A stretch of DNA of 64,000 bases from contig JAWBZR010000002.1 of the NCBI GenBank assembly GCA_044343545.1, positions 3,522 through 67,521 of the forward strand, read 5' to 3'. A model generated the notes under the pieces. That model saw nothing but the letters and a program-made list of their open reading frames with translations. It searched no databases and was not told where the DNA came from. Position 1 is the first letter of the stretch. Every line of letters starts with the position of its first letter. A program made the position numbers and the translations under genes. Positions 56,833-64,000 of this stretch are shown piece after piece. Origin of the DNA: Candidatus Aenigmatarchaeota archaeon (lineage in GTDB: Archaea; Aenigmatarchaeota; Aenigmatarchaeia; CG10238-14).

Positions 56833-57568
56833 CTATCAGGTCTTGAATTTTTTGTAATATCTGGTAAAACAGTCCAGTTCTTCTAAATAAATGTTCATAC
56901 TTTCCTTCTTCAAAACCTAAACGGCTGCTTATTTCTTTATCTGTGGCCACAACAACTTTGATCAAATCCTCATAAGAAAAATCTATACTTTCGAAATAAA
57001 CATCATCGCATTTTCTTATAGTTTTCTTAACAACGTTGCAAGGAAAGCTAAAACTACATTTTTGGGATATTTTCCAACCTTTTTTCCCAACAAAACTATC
57101 TATTTTATCTTCAAATGGTTTATGACAAGAAAAATAATCTTCTCCTGTTATCTGATGTGTTGGCGTCAACGCATCTGAAAAATAATGAATCGCCATACCA
57201 ATACTGTAATCATCCATTTTTATCGTTTCATTGAATTTTTCAAGAGCAGGACAATAAAAATAATCTCCATCAAAGCATTCAGAGATATCAGCAAAATAGT
57301 GCAAACTTCCTGGAGCTTTTATGGTTGTGTCAATTTTTTTGCATTGCTTTGCATAATAACAGCTATGTTGTCTTTGGTCCTTAACTATTGTGTCCGGCGC
57401 GATGCAGCCTTCTAAAAATAATGTTTTATTTTTTATCACTTCTCTCAAAGCTTCGTTTCCACTATAAATTTGATTGCAAATCCAAACATGAGTTTCACGG
57501 CCCCACGCATTAACTATGGGAAGCATGAATGATAATAAAATCAAAAATTTAAGGTAATATTTCATCAT
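56789..57568 (-). CDS. Secreted Cys-rich protein, possibly a zinc-dependent phospholipase C / S1-P1 nuclease-like hydrolase
   Basis: Signal peptide, then a mature N-terminus AWGRETHVW resembling the W-x-x-x-H metal-binding start of the PLC/P1 nuclease fold. 259 aa. Confidence 0.35.
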   Translation of the reverse strand: MMKYYLKFLILLSFMLPIVNAWGRETHVWICNQIYSGNEALREVIKNKTLFLEGCIAPDTIVKDQRQHSCYYAKQCKKIDTTIKAPGSLHYFADISECFDGDYFYCPALEKFNETIKMDDYSIGMAIHYFSDALTPTHQITGEDYFSCHKPFEDKIDSFVGKKGWKISQKCSFSFPCNVVKKTIRKCDDVYFESIDFSYEDLIKVVVATDKEISSRLGFEEGKYEHLFRRTGLFYQILQKIQDLIAKIKQDFPFQNIFS

Positions 57569-58425
57569 AAGTCCTCATCGTCCATCCTCGGACAAGCCAT
57601 ATTTATTGTTAAATCAAATTTCATTCCAATGATTTTTTCTTTTGATATAGCATCAAAAGCAAGGATATGAACTTTTTTACCCATTTTTTCTAGTTGATGT
57701 TTCAGTGCAAATGCTTCATTTATTCTATTTTGCCCTTTTTTCCAAGATACTAAAATGCCAATGACTTTTGCATTTTTAATCTCTTCATTTTTCCATAACT
57801 TTTTTTTGATGTATTTCATTTTTTCCTTTTCGAAGTCTATTATTTCACCTCTTTCCAAATCTAAAGAAAAAACAGGTTTATTTGAAAGAAGGGCAACTCC
57901 AAGAGGATGAAATTTTCCCGTACCAACGTAAAGAAGGCAAGACGTTTCGAGTTTTAGTGCGGCATCAACTCTGCAGCCCAACACTTGGCCATCATGTTTT
58001 TCTGTTTTTGCAACCTCAACTTTTTTACCCCTACTTTTCAACCATTTTTCAACTTCTTTCATGACAGGTACATATTGCAAGGTTGTAAATAAACCTACAC
58101 TTTCATAATCCTTTATTTTTTGAAATTCTTTTTCAATTATAGGTATTGGATCAACTTTCAAGAAATAATCTACGTAAACGACCGGTATCTCAGAGCTTAC
58201 ACCAAAATCTGAATGACCTATATGCAATATCGCATCACAACCTAATCTTTTCGCTTCAACATCTCTTACATCGCAAGCTCCAAATGTCGGTTCACAACAC
58301 AATACAGTTTCAAATCCATTATTTTGCATCTCTTCATCTATTTTTTGAATTTTTGTTTTCAATCCTTCCGGGTATTGAATGAATATTCTTTTTGCTTTCA
58401 AATTCTTCAATTCTTCAAACATCAA
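57565..58425 (-). CDS. dph2: Diphthamide biosynthesis enzyme Dph2 (2-(3-amino-3-carboxypropyl)histidine synthase), short form
   Basis: ...IQYPEGLK...FGACDVRD...LGCDAILHIGHSDFG. 286 aa. Confidence 0.75.
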   Translation of the reverse strand: MMFEELKNLKAKRIFIQYPEGLKTKIQKIDEEMQNNGFETVLCCEPTFGACDVRDVEAKRLGCDAILHIGHSDFGVSSEIPVVYVDYFLKVDPIPIIEKEFQKIKDYESVGLFTTLQYVPVMKEVEKWLKSRGKKVEVAKTEKHDGQVLGCRVDAALKLETSCLLYVGTGKFHPLGVALLSNKPVFSLDLERGEIIDFEKEKMKYIKKKLWKNEEIKNAKVIGILVSWKKGQNRINEAFALKHQLEKMGKKVHILAFDAISKEKIIGMKFDLTINMACPRMDDEDL

Positions 58426-58457
58426 AAATTAAGATTTTCGGAATTAATTTAAATGTT

Positions 58458-58686
58458 ATGGTTAAATTGTCTTGGAGAGTTAAGAGAAAAGGTTATTGGC
58501 TCTATAAGGATGGTAAAGTTAAAAAAGATGTTGAAACTGAAAAGAGAACATATTTTCTTGTGTATAGCGACAAGGAGCATTCCGTGATATTTGATAAGAC
58601 AAGAAATCAATTCTTGTGCGATTGCGAATACTTTTCTCTAAAACTCACAGAATGTTCACACATTTATGCCGTAAAATTATTCTTGG

Positions 58687-58709
<23 letters not shown>
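58458..58709 (+). CDS. SWIM-type zinc-finger protein (the track ORF starts at 58392; start at Met 58458 preferred)
   Basis: CDCEYFSLKLTECSHIYAV is a CxC...CxH SWIM motif. Confidence 0.4.
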
Positions 58710-58959
<250 letters not shown>

Positions 58960-59016
58960 ATTTTGTTTGGCTTAGTTTATAAACTATTATTAAAATTTTC
59001 TTTTTAATTTTTAATT

Positions 59017-59844
59017 ATGCCTGTAAATGCACCGGCAGAATATTATGCTGCTGAAGAAAAATATAGAAATGCCAAAACGAAAGAAGAAAAAATAAAATAT
59101 TTGGAAGAAATGATAGCACTCTTACCAAAGCATCATGGATCTGAAAAACTTTTGATGGAGTTGAAAAAAAGATTGTCAAAACTCAAAATGCAAAAGGAAT
59201 CTAAACCTGGTAGAACAACTTTTTCTTTAAAAAAGGAAGGCGCCGCTCAAGTTTGTTTAGTTGGTTTAGCAAATTCTGGTAAAAGCACTTTGTTAAAACT
59301 TTTGACAGGCGTTGACGTTAAAATAAGCGAATATCCTTACACGACTACAAAACCTGAAGTCGGCATGATGAGTTACGAAGATGTTTGGATACAAGTAGTC
59401 GAGATACCATCAACTTTTGAACCTATGTGGATGGGTATAGTTAAAAATTGTGATTTAATAATAAAAGTAATAGACGGTAATGAAAATTTGGATGAGCAAC
59501 GAAGAGAAATAAGAAAAATATTTGAGGAGAATAAAATCAGCGTGCCTTCTATAAAAGTTGTCATGAAGAGAAGCATTGATCTGGAAAAGATAAAAAGAGA
59601 GATATGGTCGAAGTTGAATCTTATAAGAATTTATACGAAAGAACAAGGTAAAGAACCTGAGAAAAAACCCATCATATTTAAGGGGAAAGCGACAGTAAGA
59701 GATGTAGCAAAAGAAATACATAAAGATTTTCTGAAACACTTTAGATTTGCCAAGGTATGGGGGAAATCGGTAAAGTTTCAAGGTGCTCAAGTAGGTTTGG
59801 ATCATGAATTGGCTGATAAGGACATAGTTCAAATATTTGCTTGA
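59017..59844 (+). CDS. DRG/Obg-family GTP-binding protein with C-terminal TGS domain (short form)
   Basis: G1 GLANSGKST, G2 YPYTTTKPEVG. C-terminal TGS-like KPIIFKGKATVRDVAKEIHKDF...VKFQGAQVGLDHELADKDIVQIF. Confidence 0.6.
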   Translation: MPVNAPAEYYAAEEKYRNAKTKEEKIKYLEEMIALLPKHHGSEKLLMELKKRLSKLKMQKESKPGRTTFSLKKEGAAQVCLVGLANSGKSTLLKLLTGVDVKISEYPYTTTKPEVGMMSYEDVWIQVVEIPSTFEPMWMGIVKNCDLIIKVIDGNENLDEQRREIRKIFEENKISVPSIKVVMKRSIDLEKIKREIWSKLNLIRIYTKEQGKEPEKKPIIFKGKATVRDVAKEIHKDFLKHFRFAKVWGKSVKFQGAQVGLDHELADKDIVQIFA

Positions 59845-59883
59845 GATGCTTAAATAAATCTTTTTTCTTTCAAATTATTATTT

Positions 59884-60294
59884 ATGGTGTTTGAAGTAGA
59901 AATGTATGCGATAGTAGAAAATAATGGAAAAATTTTGGCTTTGTTAAAAAAATCGACTGATGGGTTTTCAGAAGACAAGTGGTGTTTGCCAGGAGGAAAA
60001 ATGAATTTTGGTGAAGATGCAATAGATTGCTTGAAAAGAGTTGTTAAAGAGACATGTAACTTGGATATAGACATATTAACACCGATAGATGTCTCAGTCA
60101 ACGTGGACGAAAACAATAATAAGCAAACCGTTGCCATAACCTATATTTGCGAGTTCAAGTCTGGTCAAGCAAAACCATCAAAAGAATATAAAGAATGCAA
60201 GTGGTATGAACCGAAAAAACTATCAGAGATAGAAGAATTGGATTGGGTAACAGAGAAAGCATTATATCCTTACATAGATTTCATTTCAGTTTAA
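59884..60294 (+). CDS. Nudix hydrolase-like protein (degenerate Nudix box)
   Basis: GGKMNFGEDAIDCLKRVVKETCNL approximates GX5EX7REUXEEXGU. 136 aa. Confidence 0.45.
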   Translation: MVFEVEMYAIVENNGKILALLKKSTDGFSEDKWCLPGGKMNFGEDAIDCLKRVVKETCNLDIDILTPIDVSVNVDENNNKQTVAITYICEFKSGQAKPSKEYKECKWYEPKKLSEIEELDWVTEKALYPYIDFISV

Positions 60295-61316
60295 TCCACA
60301 AAAACTACTGGTAATTTCGGTAAATTGCAAAAATCTGTTGTGAAGCAATATGCACCTGCATTTAGAAACACTATTTTATCTCCAACCTTTGGATTTTTCA
60401 ATTTTACATCGTACCTAAATATGTCCATAGAGCAGGGAGTGCATCCTTTTATTACATAAGTGTCGCCTTCTTCCAATTCATTTTCCACGAGTAATTTTAT
60501 TGGAACGATTATTGTATCCAACGCTCCATTGTAAACAGAAGCATCAACGATTATGTTATTGTCATAAATAGCTAAAATTTCTGTTTCTAGTTTCGTAGGA
60601 GGCGCGGCAAGAAATCTACCTGGCTCTATAATTGTCTTTATCTCATATTCCTTTAACCAGTCTCTCAATTCTTCAATTTTTTTGAATATGAAATCGATGT
60701 TTCTGGCTGAAGTGTTCTTATAATCAACTGGCAAGCCGCCACCAATATTAACAGCATCTATACTTTTTAATGTTTCTTCTTTCAACATTTGAGATAATTC
60801 GTCTTTCAAGTTCCATTCGCTCGTGTTTTGAGTTTTTCTGTGAAAATGAACGCCCAATAATTTTATCGCTTCATTGTCGCGGAGTTTTGGTATCCATTCA
60901 TTTATCTGTCTTGAGTACATGCCGAAAACAAAATACTTTCCTGTATGAATAGTGTATTCTTTCATTTTCATTCTTAAAAGAAGGTTTATTTTAACTTGAT
61001 TTTCTTTCAAAAAGCTTAATAATGTGTTAAGATCAGCTTCATTATCTACGATAAAATTTTCTATCCCCATTTCTATTAATTCGTTTATTTTATTTTTGTC
61101 CCATGCTTGCGCAACGAACCATACTCTTTTTTTATCTTTCACATAACTCAAAGATTCCATCATATGTATCGTAAAAAAAGAGTCCGTCTTTTCTTCCAAT
61201 ATCCATGCTATTTCTGGAAATGTCTTCAAACTATACGAAACTTCAAGGTTTAAAGATTTCAACTTATTATATTGCTCGAGCAATTTCGAAATGCTCACAA
61301 TAAATCTCGATTTCAT
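60291..61316 (-). CDS. PLP-dependent decarboxylase of the Orn/Lys/Arg/DAP (alanine-racemase fold) family, short form
   Basis: PLP-Lys region SYSLKTFPE (compare YAVKANP). GVHFH, NIGGGLPVDY, EPGR and GAY motifs. 341 aa. Confidence 0.55.
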   Translation of the reverse strand: MKSRFIVSISKLLEQYNKLKSLNLEVSYSLKTFPEIAWILEEKTDSFFTIHMMESLSYVKDKKRVWFVAQAWDKNKINELIEMGIENFIVDNEADLNTLLSFLKENQVKINLLLRMKMKEYTIHTGKYFVFGMYSRQINEWIPKLRDNEAIKLLGVHFHRKTQNTSEWNLKDELSQMLKEETLKSIDAVNIGGGLPVDYKNTSARNIDFIFKKIEELRDWLKEYEIKTIIEPGRFLAAPPTKLETEILAIYDNNIIVDASVYNGALDTIIVPIKLLVENELEEGDTYVIKGCTPCSMDIFRYDVKLKNPKVGDKIVFLNAGAYCFTTDFCNLPKLPVVFVD

Positions 61317-62260
61317 ATTAATCCCTCATCGCTCAAAATATCTAAGGCGGCAAACATCGCTAAAGGAAAAGTTACGCTAACATCTCCTATCACGGTAACA
61401 GCATCGGCAGAATCCTTTATTTTTCCCCAACTTTTTGCTTCCCTCGTTGTAGCTCCACTCAAACTACCCGAATATTCGTGTGCCGTCGTCATGTATACAG
61501 CATAATCCGCACCTCCATTTATTAGAGTACCTAAAATGGCGTGATGTTTTGACACTCCTCCACCTAAAGCTATTATTGCTTTTTTGTCGTCATGAGTTGA
61601 GCTAAAAATTAAATTGGCAAAATCTTGGACAACATCTATTATAAAATCTTTGTGGTCTTGTTGAAACATGAACAAATGAAAGCCAAGAGAACCATCAGTT
61701 ATTGCTGGACAAAATATTGGTACATTATTTCTTGCTGCTTGATATAAAATCGATTTCTCATCGTTTAACATAAATCCTATTTCTCTTAGAAACTCAGAAA
61801 CACAATATCTCTTCTTTTTTTCATAAAGTTTTGGCAGTATTTCTTGCATGAAAGCTTCAAACCTTTCATAACTTTCATTTCTTATTAAAAGATTTCCAAC
61901 TCTATTGATACCTTTTTCATGCAAACCAACATCATCTGCAGCGTAATTGCCGATGAAGAAATCTTCTCCTATAGCTTTCATTATATCTTCTTCTACACTT
62001 CCAACAGTTGTGATTATCACGTTTGCCATTTTCAACTTTATCAATTGAGCGAAAAATCCTCTTAGACCAGAAGTTACCATATTGGAAGTAAATGTCAAAT
62101 AAATTTTTGCACCTTCTCTTTTCATTTTCGTGAAGCATTCTACAGCTTTACCTAGCTCAACACCTTGAAAACCGCAACTACCTAAACTTTTAACCAAATC
62201 CAATACTCGTGTGTGCTTATGCCATTCTATGTCTTTAACTTTTACCATAAATATCACCAA
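61313..62260 (-). CDS. dys: Deoxyhypusine synthase
   Basis: ...YLTFTSNMVTSGLRG...IITTVGSVEEDIMKA...ALGGGVSKHHAI... DHS patterns. 315 aa. Confidence 0.85.
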   Translation of the reverse strand: MVIFMVKVKDIEWHKHTRVLDLVKSLGSCGFQGVELGKAVECFTKMKREGAKIYLTFTSNMVTSGLRGFFAQLIKLKMANVIITTVGSVEEDIMKAIGEDFFIGNYAADDVGLHEKGINRVGNLLIRNESYERFEAFMQEILPKLYEKKKRYCVSEFLREIGFMLNDEKSILYQAARNNVPIFCPAITDGSLGFHLFMFQQDHKDFIIDVVQDFANLIFSSTHDDKKAIIALGGGVSKHHAILGTLINGGADYAVYMTTAHEYSGSLSGATTREAKSWGKIKDSADAVTVIGDVSVTFPLAMFAALDILSDEGLI

Positions 62261-62359
62261 TAAATGAATTTGATTAAATCAACTTATAGAAATAGCCTAT
62301 GGAGTTGTTCTTTTTTTCATTAAGAATATATTTTAAAAGAAAAAATTTATAAATTTTTT

Positions 62360-63208
62360 ATGAATCATTTTCTTTTCACAGAATTAGGAATAATTTTGAT
62401 GTATTTTATCTGCCTAATATACGTTATCAAAAAAGACAAGTCTATGCTTCCTTTTTTGCTTTCAACAACTTTTTATGCTTTATTTTTTGAAAACATGAAC
62501 ATTCTCATATCTTCTGGAAAAGAAGGGAGTTATTATTACAACAAAAATTTTTTCATCAACATTTTTCATTTACCTTTGTTCGTGGCTCTTGCGTGGAGCA
62601 TAATAATGTATACTAGCTTTAAAATAGCAAAATCTGTTGGAGTATCAAAGAAATCTTTACCAATGGCAGCTGCTTTATTAGTGTTGCTCATAGATTTATC
62701 TATAGATGTTGTTGCCATAAGACTTGGCTATTGGTTCTGGGTAGGATACGAATTTAAAGACGGATACTTTGGTGTTCCAGCAAGCAATTTTATAGGTTGG
62801 CTATTGGTTTCTTTTTCATTTTTTTATTTAGAGCAAAATATTAAAATGAAATCTTGGTTGAAATATTTATTTTTACCATTCCTTTCATATTTTACATTTT
62901 TGTTGTTGTTTATTCCTATAACTTTGATTGAAGAAATATTTGTTTTAAACAAAGGCCAACAATTTTTAATTTTCATGTTTCTTTTAATTATTTTCTTTGT
63001 ATCCATAAAAAAGGATTCAAATAAAACAGCTTTTAACATTTTTATTTACTCACTTAGAATGCCTTTCTATTTTTTCGGTTTATATTTTATATTAAGCAAA
63101 CACATGTATGAAGAAAATATTTTATTACTTTTTTTATCAATATTTTTTTTAATCGTCGAGCTAGCTTTAATGTTCGGTGAAATTAAATGTATACACAAGA
63201 AAAAGTAA
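62360..63208 (+). CDS. Integral membrane protein (about 8 TM)
   Basis: Hydrophobic 282-aa ORF. No motif recognised. Confidence 0.35.
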   Translation: MNHFLFTELGIILMYFICLIYVIKKDKSMLPFLLSTTFYALFFENMNILISSGKEGSYYYNKNFFINIFHLPLFVALAWSIIMYTSFKIAKSVGVSKKSLPMAAALLVLLIDLSIDVVAIRLGYWFWVGYEFKDGYFGVPASNFIGWLLVSFSFFYLEQNIKMKSWLKYLFLPFLSYFTFLLLFIPITLIEEIFVLNKGQQFLIFMFLLIIFFVSIKKDSNKTAFNIFIYSLRMPFYFFGLYFILSKHMYEENILLLFLSIFFLIVELALMFGEIKCIHKKK

Positions 63209-64000
63209 TGAAAGAAATTTGCGAAATGTTAAGCAAAGTTGATTTTTTGAAGAGTGAGGACATAAAAAATTTCATTGAAAAACCACCAAAAGAAGATTAT
63301 GGTGATTACGCGTGCAACATAGCATTTTCTTTAGCCAAAAAATTGAGAAAATCGCCAACAGAGATAGCGAAGGAAATAGCAAACCATTTGAAAGCCAAAA
63401 ATTTTGTAGAAAAAGTGGAATCAAGAGATGGTTATGTCAACTTTTTCTTGGATTATAAAAAAATTGCAAAGAAAGTTTTGGAAGAGGTTATGAGTATGAA
63501 AGAAAAATACGGTAGCTCTAATATTGGAAAGGGAAAAAGAGTTATGGTAGAATTTTCCCAACCGAATCCCGTTCATCCCATGCATATAGGTCATGCAAGA
63601 ACAACATTTTTAGGCGATGCTATTTCGAATATACTCGCTTTTAACAATTATCACGTCATAAGAGCTAATTACATGAATGATGTCGGTCTGCAAGTTGCTA
63701 AGTTGGTAACGGCTTATGAGTTGTGGGGCAATAATGAAAAACCTAAAGGCAAGGAAGATGTTTGGTTATGGAATTACTATGTCAGGTTTCATGAAGAAGA
63801 GAAAAAAAATAAAGAGTTGGAAGAGAAAGCAAGAGAAATGCTGAGAAAGTTTGAATTGTCGAGAGACAGAAAAGTTATTAAATTGTGGAGAAAGGTTGTA
63901 AACTGGTGCGTAAAAGGTTTTAAAAAAACTTATAGAGACATTTATGTAGATTTTGATATCTATTTTTACGAGAGTGATTTTAGAGATGAAGGAAAAAAAC
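63208..64000 (+). CDS. argS: Arginyl-tRNA synthetase, N-terminal part (runs off window end)
   Basis: Class I HIGH motif PVHPMHIGHARTT. N-terminal Add-1 domain. TAATG overlap with the upstream stop. Confidence 0.85.
   Translation, partial: MKEICEMLSKVDFLKSEDIKNFIEKPPKEDYGDYACNIAFSLAKKLRKSPTEIAKEIANHLKAKNFVEKVESRDGYVNFFLDYKKIAKKVLEEVMSMKEKYGSSNIGKGKRVMVEFSQPNPVHPMHIGHARTTFLGDAISNILAFNNYHVIRANYMNDVGLQVAKLVTAYELWGNNEKPKGKEDVWLWNYYVRFHEEEKKNKELEEKAREMLRKFELSRDRKVIKLWRKVVNWCVKGFKKTYRDIYVDFDIYFYESDFRDEGKK

Noticed and set aside
58392-58457. N-terminal 22 codons of the SWIM-finger ORF as called in the track
   Set aside because: This stretch overlaps the dph2 start on the opposite strand and encodes low-complexity residues. 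An internal Met at 58458 (MVKLSWRVKRKG...) gives a cleaner start immediately after the dph2 promoter region.

Overview
This window is AT-rich (about 30% GC by eye) archaeal chromosomal DNA, gene-dense on both strands, and encodes Lys/Ile/Asn-rich proteins. It carries three universal archaeal blocks. (1) The exosome superoperon on the minus strand: Rpp30, Pop5, proteasome alpha, SBDS, Rrp4, Rrp41, Rrp42, then L39e and a short GatE. (2) A replication cluster: FEN-1, RNase HII, TBP, MCM, and later an ATP-dependent DNA ligase. (3) The transcription/translation stretch on the minus strand, containing RpoH, RpoB'', RpoB' (here fused in frame to RpoA'), RpoA'', L30e, NusA, S12, S7, EF-2, EF-1alpha and S10. 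It is preceded by a small RNA cluster of tRNA-Tyr, an orphan 5S rRNA and tRNA-Asp. Six tRNAs were found by eye. Three of them carry introns, and two of those have an extra non-canonical intron in the D-arm. The combination of a split rpoB, an exosome, intron-rich tRNAs and several shortened core proteins (GatE 498 aa, Dph2 286 aa, DRG-like GTPase 275 aa) suggests a small-genome, DPANN-like or deep euryarchaeal lineage, not Methanococcales. Accessory content includes a tight five-gene locus of secreted, LamG-domain and prepilin-like proteins, and a complete AmmeMemoRadiSam triad. It also includes a 540-aa ThyX-like protein beside SHMT, an MGMT-like protein with Tyr at the catalytic Cys position, and a bacterial-type HPF/RaiA-like protein. 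Downstream sits a tRNA/translation-modification neighbourhood (SAM methyltransferase, NcsA/TtuA PP-loop enzyme, Elp3, a compositionally odd nucleotidyltransferase, CCA-adding enzyme, Dph2), followed by a deoxyhypusine synthase plus PLP-decarboxylase pair. No CRISPR array, transposase or integrase was recognised. Most short antisense ORFs in the supplied track are artefacts of the low-complexity AT-rich sequence.
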